Part shown: positions 49,994-58,421 of the stretch, in pieces
Position numbering within the stretch: position 1 is the first letter of the stretch
How the letters are laid out: the number at the start of each line of letters is the position of its first letter
Source of the DNA: Euryarchaeota archaeon UBA62
Lineage (GTDB): Archaea > Thermoplasmatota > Poseidoniia > Poseidoniales > Thalassarchaeaceae
Assembly: GCA_002502095.1 (NCBI GenBank)
Contig: DAPJ01000021.1
Coordinates: forward strand, 29,069 to 93,068
Length of the DNA: 64,000 bases
Reading direction: 5' to 3'
Translations under genes and position numbers: made by a program
Notes under the pieces: generated by a model
Told to the model about the DNA's origin: nothing
Databases searched by the model: none
What the model saw: the letters and a program-made list of their open reading frames with translations, nothing else

Positions 49994-51163
49994 ATGGAAG
50001 GCGAAGAGACTCTATTCAATGTCCTCGAGTCTAATCTAGATACCGGCCTTAGGGGAATTCCTGTTGGAACCTGTCAGACTTCATATGTCGATCCAATCGA
50101 GGGGGTTCACTATGTTGGCTACCCAGTAGAAGATCTAGTAAATCTAGAAGAGGAAGATGTCATTTATCTCCTGCTTTTCAAAGAGCTACCATCACCAGAG
50201 CAATCGGATAAGTTCAGAGCAGAACTAGCTCTTAGGGGCGAATCACTTCCAACTGGGGCATTGAGGGTGCTAGAGTCACTAACTCCCGGAAGTGGGCATC
50301 CAATGGATTGGCTAGCAATTGGGATAATGGCACTCGGGACTGCTGAAGCGACAGGTGACATCCGATCCGACTCAATGAATCTAATAGCTAGAATGCCTGA
50401 ATTGATGGCTCGTGTATTTCTGCTCAGAGGAGGTAAGAAGGAACAACTAAGGCCCCGAAAACCGGAGCTGGGCCTGGTGGAGAATTTCGTCCATATGCTC
50501 GGAATAGAAGGTGAAGAGGCAGATAGAATGAACCGAGTTCTGAGATTCTTTTTCATCCTCCATATGGATCATGGAGGAGGTAATCTTTCCACATTCACTG
50601 GTAAAGCTGTAGCATCTGGAAGAGCATCCATTTATTCTGCCCTGTCTAGCGCTATGAACGCTCTTTCCGGGCCCCTACATGGAAGGGCGAATCAAGCAGT
50701 GTTGGAGTTTATCCAGAGAATTGGAACATCTGACGAGAACGAGGTTTCATCATTTGTCAACGCGGAAATTGATGCTAGGCGACCAATATACGGTTTTGGA
50801 CATGGCGTCCTAAGGGCCGAAGATCCAAGAGCGAGACTTTTGATAGGGCTAGGGGAGGAAATCTGTCCCGATGAAGATCTTTACAAAACTGTAAAGGTCC
50901 TAAGAAAAATAACTCCTGATATCCTCAAGGAGAGGATTCCAAAAATAAGGAATCCATATCCCAATGTAGATCTTGGTAGTGGAACTCTGCTTCATTCAGT
51001 GGGATTCAGAAAGCCTGACTATTACACCACTTTCTTCGGTTGGGCTAGAGTTGCAGGGATTTGTGCCCAGATACTAGATGAGAGAAATGCGAGGGAAGGC
51101 AGAGGTACTCCGATTTACAGGCCCAAGTATATCCCACGTAACCAACCTCATCGCAGACTGTGA
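49994..51163 (+). CDS. gltA: Citrate synthase (type II / archaeal-bacterial short form)
   Basis: LHMDHGGGNLS and GFGHGVLRAEDPRA signature motifs. Start taken at the ATG two codons into the ORF-track ORF. Confidence 0.88.
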   Translation: MEGEETLFNVLESNLDTGLRGIPVGTCQTSYVDPIEGVHYVGYPVEDLVNLEEEDVIYLLLFKELPSPEQSDKFRAELALRGESLPTGALRVLESLTPGSGHPMDWLAIGIMALGTAEATGDIRSDSMNLIARMPELMARVFLLRGGKKEQLRPRKPELGLVENFVHMLGIEGEEADRMNRVLRFFFILHMDHGGGNLSTFTGKAVASGRASIYSALSSAMNALSGPLHGRANQAVLEFIQRIGTSDENEVSSFVNAEIDARRPIYGFGHGVLRAEDPRARLLIGLGEEICPDEDLYKTVKVLRKITPDILKERIPKIRNPYPNVDLGSGTLLHSVGFRKPDYYTTFFGWARVAGICAQILDERNAREGRGTPIYRPKYIPRNQPHRRL

Positions 51164-52501
51164 TTACTTCTCTCTGAGAGATAAGAGTGCAGTTTCTACA
51201 GCCGCCATTGTAATCCTCTCGCCACTTTCTCTAACCATGGTAGCAACCTTCTCGACCTCATGATCTTCCGCACCCGCGGCGGCCACCATATTCATCAGAT
51301 GTAATTTCATATGGCCAGCCTGAATTCCGACTGTGGCGAGAGCCCTCAAGGCACCAAGGTTCTGTGCCAATCCCGCCGCCGCCATTACCTTGGCCAAATC
51401 ATTAGCAGTACGCAGACCCAATAATGCAACATTTGCTTGTGCCCCAGGGTGGATTCTAACGGCACCTCCTACTAATCCTACGGCCATTGGAATCTCAATT
51501 GATCCGACTAGATTCCCATCAGAGTCTTTTTCCCAGTGAGTCATTGAGGAATATTCTCTCCCAAAGGAGGCATACGAGTGAGCTCCTGACTCTATGGCCC
51601 TCCAGTCCTGCCCACATGCTATAGCAATTGGTGAAATCGCGTTCATTATTCCCTTATTGTGAGTAGTCGCCCTGAATGGATCGGCAGCGGCAAAGTGATA
51701 CGCCTGAATAACGCCATCAATAACATTGGAGCCATTCTCTGAATCTTTACCGTCATCAGACATCTCTTCAGGGGTGAATATTGCACTTACCTTGGCTAGC
51801 CTATGTACTGCTAGATTACTGATTATACGGAGTATTACAGTTCCAGAACTCAACTCTTCAATTTTTTGAGCTATTGTCTCTGCCATGGTATTGACGGCAT
51901 TGGCTCCCATTGCATCCCTACAATCAACTAGGATATGTACGATAACCATCGGTCCAGATTCTGTCTCTATGACTCGAACTTCTACATCCCTGCATCCTCC
52001 TCCAAATTTTACAAGAATCGGATCAACCTCGTTGCAAGCATCAATCAACTCGTTTTTAGATGAGAGGATGGCATCTTTGGCTAAGTATGGATCCTCACAT
52101 CCAACAACCTGAATTTGACCTATCATTACGGGAGCATCATTATCTGAAACAAAACCCCCATTGGAATGGCATCTTTTAGCCATATTGGAAGCGGCCGCTA
52201 CAACACTCGCTTCTTCCACAACGAATGGTATCAGATAATGCTCGCCATCAATGATGAAGTTTGTAGCCACTCCAATCGGTAACGAGTATGTACCAATTAC
52301 ATTCTCTATCATCCTATCTGCAACTTCTTCTGAAAGCTCCCCATTAGATGCCCATGCCTCTACCATATCATCCTCTAGTCCTGCAATCTCCGAGAGCAAG
52401 TCCCTCCTCTCTGAGACAGATAGTTTGTAGAATCCTTTCAATCGACTGCTATCCACTGGCATGTTATCGTACCTAGTCGGCGAAAACACCCTTCTGTACA
52501 T
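51164..52501 (-). CDS. hmgA: HMG-CoA reductase, class II type
   Basis: ENVIGTYSLPIGVATNFIIDGEHYLIPFVVEEASVVAAASNMAK closely parallels the class II (Pseudomonas mevalonii-type) block as I recall it. DAMGANAVNTM also present. Its stop abuts the citrate synthase stop with no gap. Confidence 0.9.
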   Translation of the reverse strand: MYRRVFSPTRYDNMPVDSSRLKGFYKLSVSERRDLLSEIAGLEDDMVEAWASNGELSEEVADRMIENVIGTYSLPIGVATNFIIDGEHYLIPFVVEEASVVAAASNMAKRCHSNGGFVSDNDAPVMIGQIQVVGCEDPYLAKDAILSSKNELIDACNEVDPILVKFGGGCRDVEVRVIETESGPMVIVHILVDCRDAMGANAVNTMAETIAQKIEELSSGTVILRIISNLAVHRLAKVSAIFTPEEMSDDGKDSENGSNVIDGVIQAYHFAAADPFRATTHNKGIMNAISPIAIACGQDWRAIESGAHSYASFGREYSSMTHWEKDSDGNLVGSIEIPMAVGLVGGAVRIHPGAQANVALLGLRTANDLAKVMAAAGLAQNLGALRALATVGIQAGHMKLHLMNMVAAAGAEDHEVEKVATMVRESGERITMAAVETALLSLREK

Positions 52502-52572
52502 TTCGCTTGAATATCTCTCATAATATCACTTAGGTGACCACATAATCTGATCCAGATACAATATTTTCATCA

Positions 52573-52749
52573 CATTAAAGCGTTAATTATTCTATTAACG
52601 CTTTGTTAACGCATAATTAAAGCGTTAGTAAAACGTTAATATTACTAATATACATTCGACTTACTAATCTAAACTATTGAGAATTTTATATCTAAAAATG
52701 CGTAAATATACGTTAATAATAACTATCTTATCTGTTAGTAAACGTTAAT
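52573..52749. repeat. Cluster of CGTTAAT-core repeats in an AT-rich intergenic region
   Basis: Read directly. CGTTAAT at about 52580, 52633, 52710, 52742. ATTAACG at about 52593. Imperfect copies at about 52605 (TTAACGC) and 52622 (CGTTAG). 12-bp direct repeat ATTAAAGCGTTA at 52573 and 52615. Direct repeat GTTAGTAAA(A)CGTTAAT at 52623 and 52733. Confidence 0.85.
52576..52603. promoter_or_regulatory. Perfect 11-bp inverted repeat AAAGCGTTAAT-N6-ATTAACGCTTT (candidate dimeric protein-binding site)
   Basis: Read directly from the sequence. The arms are exact reverse complements. Function is inferred only. Confidence 0.6.
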
Positions 52750-52779
52750 GTTATGTACTCCTGACTATTCACCAACATC

Positions 52780-54669
52780 GTGGCAGGTGTTCCATCCGAG
52801 AATCTTGGTTTGCCCTTGTTGAGAGGCAACCCCTTTGATCTCAGGCCAATCGAGAGTGGAAGGGCCGAGTACCTAGTCGGAAGGGATAGGCTAATCGCTT
52901 CTTGGAGAGAGCATATTATTTCACAATCACCAAGGATGTTACTACTTGTTGGCGAGAGGGGTTCCGGGCGTTCATCAGTTGTGAGAACTTTAGCTTCACA
53001 GACGAGAAGAAGTTTTGTCGGTCAATATTGGCCTACCAGCGATCCCGTGAATGCAATAATTCATGAATTAGCAATTCATTTTTGCGGGTTTAGTTCATCG
53101 GGCTCAAATCAGAAAATGATAGATGATTTAGTCTCCAATCTGGAAGAGAGTTCTGGATCCCTGCCCGTGATATCTCTTGATTATCCATCAAATATAGAAA
53201 TCTCCATGGTATTGAATTCAATATCCCCCATTCTTCAAAGACTGAGGGCGCTAGTCATCGTAGTACTCACTCCCTCTCAATTGTCTTCTATTGATGAAGA
53301 GACTCTCGAGCTTTATGACAGGCCAGAATATACAACACATCTATCTAAAGAGCAAATCCAAGAGTTATCTAACAGACTCGTATCAAGAAAGGCTAGAGAG
53401 AAATGGATTATTGATGATATTTTACTATCAAGGATTTATGAATCTACCTCTGGAAACCCTAGAGATGTTATTCGACTTTTGAGGGACCTAATCGATGAGA
53501 GGAGGGATGTTGGTGCACATGGGGCACTAGAGAGACTAATGCGTTGGAAAATTATCAATGACTCCAGTGATGTATATGAAAAGGATGGAGAAAATCAAAT
53601 TTTATTTCCGGATGAATCTCAAGGTCATATCACTGAAGAGGATAATCAATTATCCGTAGATGATCCTCCCGAAAACCGAGATTTCAAATTACAATCAACT
53701 TATTCTGATGGTGATGAATCAATCCAAGACATTACTGAATACATCGAAGATCAAGGAGACAACCTCCATAGTGATGAGCTTGAAGAATACCCCTTCAATT
53801 TCCAAACAGAAACAGGTGAAAGTCAAGTAAATATCGAGGATTTCTCTGAAGATCCAGATGACCTATGGGAGGGGGACTTAGATACCGATGTAGAAGAAAT
53901 ACCCGTAGAAAGAAATACCGAGCAAGGGACATTGGATGATTTTGTCTACATTCAACCAGGTACGGAGCCCCCAATGTTTCATTCAGGAAGTGGTTTCAAC
54001 GGCCTCGCCCAGAGATCAAAATTAGCCCAAAGTCAACAGCCCAACGAAAAAGAAGATACTCCACTCATAGAGTCAGTATCTGAGATTTCACATCTCTGGG
54101 AAGGGGATAAGATAGATATTGAAAGCAATCAACCGGAAAAAAATATTCCAATCATTAGTAATATCGATCCAGAGTGGGAAATAGAAGATCCACAACTCCC
54201 AGAAAAAGAGACCTCCAGTGTCATTTCGACTGATTCCGCCCACTGGTCAGTGGAGCCATCAATGGCCTCTTCATTGCCCGTTTTCGAAGATTCAGAAACT
54301 GAGATTATTGATACTCCATTTGGTATCGAAGACGCTCCCGTTCAATCAATTGATATTATTGAAAATAAATCTGAAAATCCTCGAAGGGAAAACTTCCGTC
54401 CGACTACTTCATGGGAGCCTGACAATCCTTTTGATGAGGAGAGGAGTATATATCTAAATGAAGCTGAAATGTTAGTCATTTCAATGGCTTCAAAGAGAGA
54501 GATTTCTCCCTCAGATGCAGAACTCCAGGCCAGGCTCGAGGTTGGAAGACCCCGCCTCTCTCAGATATACAATGGACTCCACAAGTCCGGATACCTTTCT
54601 GTCAGGAAGCAAGGAAGAAAGAGACTATTCAAAATCACAGAAGCTGCACAGAAATTAGTGGAGGCATAA
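52780..54669 (+). CDS. Divergent Orc1/Cdc6-like P-loop protein with degenerate Walker motifs, long acidic linker and C-terminal winged helix
   Basis: The N-terminus has the same layout as the canonical Cdc6 in this window (P..LVGRD, about 20 aa, then a P-loop): YLVGRDRLIASW...LLLVGERGSGRSSVVRTL. The Walker A Lys position is Arg. The candidate Walker B VISLDY lacks Glu. About 300 aa of D/E-rich low-complexity follows. The C-terminus LSQIYNGLHKSGYLSVRKQGRKRLFKIT is wHTH-like. GTG start per the ORF track. Confidence 0.5.
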   Translation: MAGVPSENLGLPLLRGNPFDLRPIESGRAEYLVGRDRLIASWREHIISQSPRMLLLVGERGSGRSSVVRTLASQTRRSFVGQYWPTSDPVNAIIHELAIHFCGFSSSGSNQKMIDDLVSNLEESSGSLPVISLDYPSNIEISMVLNSISPILQRLRALVIVVLTPSQLSSIDEETLELYDRPEYTTHLSKEQIQELSNRLVSRKAREKWIIDDILLSRIYESTSGNPRDVIRLLRDLIDERRDVGAHGALERLMRWKIINDSSDVYEKDGENQILFPDESQGHITEEDNQLSVDDPPENRDFKLQSTYSDGDESIQDITEYIEDQGDNLHSDELEEYPFNFQTETGESQVNIEDFSEDPDDLWEGDLDTDVEEIPVERNTEQGTLDDFVYIQPGTEPPMFHSGSGFNGLAQRSKLAQSQQPNEKEDTPLIESVSEISHLWEGDKIDIESNQPEKNIPIISNIDPEWEIEDPQLPEKETSSVISTDSAHWSVEPSMASSLPVFEDSETEIIDTPFGIEDAPVQSIDIIENKSENPRRENFRPTTSWEPDNPFDEERSIYLNEAEMLVISMASKREISPSDAELQARLEVGRPRLSQIYNGLHKSGYLSVRKQGRKRLFKITEAAQKLVEA

Positions 54670-54670
54670 T

Positions 54671-54964
54671 ATGGATGAAAACGTATTAATTACCGAAGAA
54701 AGAGTGAAGAAATATATCTCAATCACCCTTCAAGCAAGGAAGAAGGCCACACCAAATAATCTTAGCAAGGCGGACTTGGAAAGATTGGACTCTATGATGA
54801 GAATGTGTGATGACTACTACTCAGATTCAAAATACTTCCTTGAGAAAGGGGATTTGGTCCGGGCATTCGGAGCAATAAACTACTCGCATGCATGGATCGA
54901 CGCGGCAGTAAAAATCGGCTTAATGGATGGGCATGGAGATGATGTTCTTTTCACTCTTCCTTAA
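54671..54964 (+). CDS. Small archaeal protein, DUF357-like
   Basis: 97 aa helical protein. The pattern (YYSDSKYFLEKGDLVRAFGAINYSHAWIDA) resembles the archaeal DUF357 family as I recall it. Starts 2 nt after the upstream stop. Confidence 0.4.
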   Translation: MDENVLITEERVKKYISITLQARKKATPNNLSKADLERLDSMMRMCDDYYSDSKYFLEKGDLVRAFGAINYSHAWIDAAVKIGLMDGHGDDVLFTLP

Positions 54965-55326
54965 TCAACTAGGCGTAGCATTCTATCTGATACGACTTCA
55001 ATATAGGAGCAACCAGACTCAGATAGTTTTTCTTTCAATCTAGTATCAACCGTAAGTACTGGCCAGTTATTCATTTTTGAAAGCCGTACTAGCATCATAT
55101 CGGTGTGCCTTTCCCCGGGAGGATCATCCATCATTTCTGAGCGACTGTTCAAGAGTCCAAGGAGAAGCCCCCTCTTGCCCCTAGATAGATCATCCAGCTC
55201 CCTCCAGACACTATCAATTACTATCAGATCTGGCTTTCCTATGACATTAGACATCGCAGAATCCAAGTTCAGCCCTGACTTGACAAATGCAATCCAGCCA
55301 CAAGTATCGACGAGAACTCCCGCCAA
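54961..55326 (-). CDS. PIN-domain protein (Fcf1/Utp24- or VapC-like nuclease)
   Basis: N-terminal VLVDTCGWI acidic motif and C-terminal VLTVDTRLKEKL. Lies directly downstream of aIF2-gamma. Confidence 0.5.
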   Translation of the reverse strand: MAGVLVDTCGWIAFVKSGLNLDSAMSNVIGKPDLIVIDSVWRELDDLSRGKRGLLLGLLNSRSEMMDDPPGERHTDMMLVRLSKMNNWPVLTVDTRLKEKLSESGCSYIEVVSDRMLRLVD

Positions 55327-55330
55327 TTAA

Positions 55331-56572
55331 TCACCCTTTGATAGTTCCATGGCCTATCAGTCTCCATCGGGCGCCTACTCTTCTAGATAGAGTGATCCTG
55401 CTTCCCATCTTCGCACATATTGGTAATCTCAGCGCTAGCTTAGCCTCTCCCTTCTTGGAGGATGAAACAGTTCCAACACTGGTGGCTGTAGCAGAGTTTA
55501 CCATCAGCATCTCGTTTGTTTGTAGCGGCTTCACCACGCCTTCTTCGCCTTCTCCTCCAGAGACCATCTTATCCAAAAGCTCCAATTTAAGATCCAAGGA
55601 TTCCCAGACAGGAGGCAGCTCTCCTTCCTTTGCCATCACTTGTCCTGAGAGATCATCTGCCTTCGTCGACATCGGGTCCATGGGAGTAGCAATTCCACAA
55701 AGTCCTCCAGCATGAGCCGATTGAAGATCTAGTCCGCCAGCTTGGATATTTTCTATTGTAGTCTTCAAAGGCTCCCATCTGGTTTTATTTCCCTCTGAAA
55801 TCCTTCTTCCGGGAGCGATTAAAATAGAGTCTCCAACACTAAAGGATCCTTCGACAATACTGCCTCCTATTATCCCCCCTCTCAGTTTATTCGGTCTAGA
55901 ACCAGGCCTATTGACATCGAAAGAGCGTGCTACATACATCAGGCCCTTGTCATCGGAGTCTAGGGAGGGACTAGGAATCGTATCTTCTATGGCCTGAATC
56001 AACATGTCCAGATTAACATCATGATGTGCTGAAACAGGAACTATCGGAGACCCCTCTGCTATCGTACCTTCAATGAAAGAAAGTATTTCCTGGTAGGACT
56101 CAATTGCACGCTCTTTACTAACAATATCGACTTTATTCTGTACTACGACTATATTTTCTATGCCCGCTATCTGTAACGCGGCCAAATGCTCCCTAGTCTG
56201 CGCTTGCGGACATGACTCATTAGCGGCCACTAAAAGTAAGGCGCCATCCATTATAGCTGCACCTGAAATCATTACAGCCATCAGGGTCTCGTGTCCCGGT
56301 GCATCCACAAATGAAATAACTCTTAGAAGATCATTTTCGGAGTCTTCTCCTCCATCTGGATTCTTTCCTCTGGCATAGTATTCTCCTTCCTTATTCTTGT
56401 AAAATGCAGTATCTGCATATCCAAGTTTTATGCTGATCCCACGCTTCCTCTCCTCGGAATGAGTATCTGTCCAAGTGCCTGAAAGAGCCTGCGTCAGAGT
56501 AGTCTTTCCATGATCTACGTGCCCGACCATTCCAATATTTACTTCCGGCTGACTAGGTAGATCACTCGCCAG
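55331..56572 (-). CDS. eif2g: Translation initiation factor aIF2 gamma subunit (non-canonical start inferred)
   Basis: GHVDHGKTT, DAPGHE, NKVD GTPase motifs. The conserved SQPEVNIG block lies in frame upstream of the first ATG (56530). Upstream there is only a CTG (56572-56570), immediately after an in-frame TAG. Confidence 0.85.
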   Translation of the reverse strand: MASDLPSQPEVNIGMVGHVDHGKTTLTQALSGTWTDTHSEERKRGISIKLGYADTAFYKNKEGEYYARGKNPDGGEDSENDLLRVISFVDAPGHETLMAVMISGAAIMDGALLLVAANESCPQAQTREHLAALQIAGIENIVVVQNKVDIVSKERAIESYQEILSFIEGTIAEGSPIVPVSAHHDVNLDMLIQAIEDTIPSPSLDSDDKGLMYVARSFDVNRPGSRPNKLRGGIIGGSIVEGSFSVGDSILIAPGRRISEGNKTRWEPLKTTIENIQAGGLDLQSAHAGGLCGIATPMDPMSTKADDLSGQVMAKEGELPPVWESLDLKLELLDKMVSGGEGEEGVVKPLQTNEMLMVNSATATSVGTVSSSKKGEAKLALRLPICAKMGSRITLSRRVGARWRLIGHGTIKG

Positions 56573-56591
56573 CTAGACCATCTCCTACTAT

Positions 56592-57086
56592 TCACTCCTC
56601 TTCACCAGAGGACTGATCCGCAGGAACTTCTTCTTCAATACCAAATATGACGCCAAGTGGCCTTTTCCCAGCCTCAACTATCTTCAGGTTAATCTGCCTA
56701 GTTTCCTGCCCTATTACGTTTCCACGAAGGTTCCTCCTCCTTCTTAGCCCATCATACTTGTAGCGGTATATCTTACCCTTCTTGTTGACTTTCTTATCTC
56801 CCTTGTAACCTATCCCGGCGGTGATTAGTACTGATTTTACTCCACTACCATCAAGATCTGGTCGCATAGGCCTTCCTGTTAGATCGGATCCTCCTGTGAT
56901 TTCTAGGCGGTATCCAGTTAGTGACTGATCGCCTTCTCCGATAAACATCCCATCTACCGAATCGCCTATCTTTTTTCCTAGGAAATGATTGTAATTAGAA
57001 CCAGTTATCTCAACCGAGAACGCACGTCCTCCATATTTTGGATTCGTGTCGTTAACGACTGCCTTGAATGACTGTTCGCCTGCCAT
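56592..57086 (-). CDS. rps6e: 30S ribosomal protein S6e
   Basis: ITGGSDLTGRPMRPD and overall S6e pattern. GAGGTG SD-like sequence 5 nt upstream of the ATG. Confidence 0.85.
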   Translation of the reverse strand: MAGEQSFKAVVNDTNPKYGGRAFSVEITGSNYNHFLGKKIGDSVDGMFIGEGDQSLTGYRLEITGGSDLTGRPMRPDLDGSGVKSVLITAGIGYKGDKKVNKKGKIYRYKYDGLRRRRNLRGNVIGQETRQINLKIVEAGKRPLGVIFGIEEEVPADQSSGEEE

Positions 57087-57157
57087 ACTTACACCTCGGA
57101 CGGCAATCCGACATGAGGCCCCTATAAGAGCGGTTCGGAAGTAATGGCAAATCGCCC

Positions 57158-58366
57158 CTACCGCTTCGTGAACTCTTCCTCAATCCTACTTCCTATTGTT
57201 GCGGGTGCGGTATTGGTCATTGTAATGTATGTAGTTCTACCCCTACCAACTGTAGTATTAGTTGACCGGGCATCCAACAAACCTTCCTTTTCCAGTGCCT
57301 TGAGATGCTTCCAGAATGTCGTATAGCTCCGTGGTTTTACTCCAAATTCCTCACATACCACTTCATATAGCTTCCTAGCATCTCCACTTGATATCTCCTC
57401 TTCCTTACGTAATCTTCTACATATCCCGAGAAGTACAAGTTTCTGATGGGCACTAAGGGAGTCAACCTGGCTCGGCTCCACAGAAGCAGACCTTATGGTA
57501 CTCGGCATTACATCATTCAACGCAACCTCTCCTCTTCCATCCATCTCCGCCCTCCTTACCGCTGCCTCAAGAAGCTCGATAGCTAGCCTGGCATCGCCAG
57601 TACCCTCAGCAAATCTTCCTATCTTCTCGAGAATATCATCGCTCACTGATCCGGATCTACAAGATGCCTCATATCTCTGTTTGGAAATTCCAATCAGGCC
57701 ATCGTACCCATAGGGCTCCAGCTTCAGTACGTTACTCTCTCCAAGTCTCGAGATTATCGCCGGCTCCATCATACCCATCAGTGACAAGTCCTGACTAACT
57801 AGAATCAGAGAGATAGTTCCTTGCCCGCCCTGTCCTTCATCGATTCGCAGTAGTTTGTAGATTAGATCGCTATTATCTCTCCTAATGAGGATATCAACCT
57901 CGTCTAATACCAATATCATATGGAGCCCCCTAGACCGAATATTCCTCCTTATCGACTGAATAATTTCCCCAGAGCTAAACCCCCTCTCAGGATGTCGGGA
58001 GTCCAAAGACAGTGCAATCTGTTGTAAGACCTGATTCGTAGAGGGATGATTACGACAATTAACATGAGACAGAGTCATCTTCCTAACTCCATCCAACTCT
58101 CTGATTACATCCTCTCCAAATCTTCTAGTTAGTACGGTTTTTCCCGTTCCAACATGACCTATGACCACTGCACGACCACTCACTCCCTCGCTACCTATTC
58201 CCATGAACATCGAGGCTAAAAGGCCTAGTTCCTTGTCCCTGCCTACAAGATTTGGAGGAGTCCAATCGAATGAAAGTGGCCCCCTGTCGACGAGTATCTT
58301 GCCAGCACCGATATTGTCAAGGTAGTCTGTCATCAGACCACACGCGCTAACATCGTTATTAGACAT
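57158..58366 (-). CDS. cdc6: Orc1/Cdc6 replication initiator
   Basis: LVGRDKEL, Walker A GHVGTGKT, Walker B ILVLDEVD, sensor regions, and a C-terminal winged helix (LKALEKEGLLDARSTNTTVGRGRTTYI). Confidence 0.92.
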   Translation of the reverse strand: MSNNDVSACGLMTDYLDNIGAGKILVDRGPLSFDWTPPNLVGRDKELGLLASMFMGIGSEGVSGRAVVIGHVGTGKTVLTRRFGEDVIRELDGVRKMTLSHVNCRNHPSTNQVLQQIALSLDSRHPERGFSSGEIIQSIRRNIRSRGLHMILVLDEVDILIRRDNSDLIYKLLRIDEGQGGQGTISLILVSQDLSLMGMMEPAIISRLGESNVLKLEPYGYDGLIGISKQRYEASCRSGSVSDDILEKIGRFAEGTGDARLAIELLEAAVRRAEMDGRGEVALNDVMPSTIRSASVEPSQVDSLSAHQKLVLLGICRRLRKEEEISSGDARKLYEVVCEEFGVKPRSYTTFWKHLKALEKEGLLDARSTNTTVGRGRTTYITMTNTAPATIGSRIEEEFTKR

Positions 58367-58421
58367 ATTCTGGGGAAATTAGAAATTAGCTACACATCAT
58401 GTCGATATCTCATTCGCCAAA

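Noticed and set aside
52573-52749. CRISPR array interpretation of the repeat cluster.
   Set aside because: The repeat units are only 7-17 bp, in mixed orientation with irregular short spacing. No cas genes are nearby. This is not CRISPR-like.
52741-52800. Apparent 1-nt disagreement between my manual indexing of the GTG start (52779) and the ORF-track start (52780) of the Orc1/Cdc6-like gene, which could suggest a frameshift.
   Set aside because: The frame downstream (checked at 52801 and 53281) and the stop at 54669 agree with the ORF track. The discrepancy is most likely my counting error within one line, not a real frameshift. Coordinates in this 60-nt stretch should be read as +/-1.
56573-56581. 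In-frame ATG-GTC-TAG upstream of aIF2-gamma as evidence for TAG recoding (pyrrolysine or readthrough).
   Set aside because: No pyl genes or other in-frame TAGs were noticed in the window. The AGGAG sits directly against that ATG (zero spacing) but 9 nt from the CTG, which favours CTG or reinitiation. It is kept as an alternative in the finding but not claimed.
58367-58421. The region immediately upstream of orc1/cdc6 as the replication origin, its usual archaeal location.
   Set aside because: It is only 55 bp, with no repeats and no extended AT-rich stretch. The gap downstream of cdc6 (57087-57157) is similarly short and looks like the S6e promoter/SD region.
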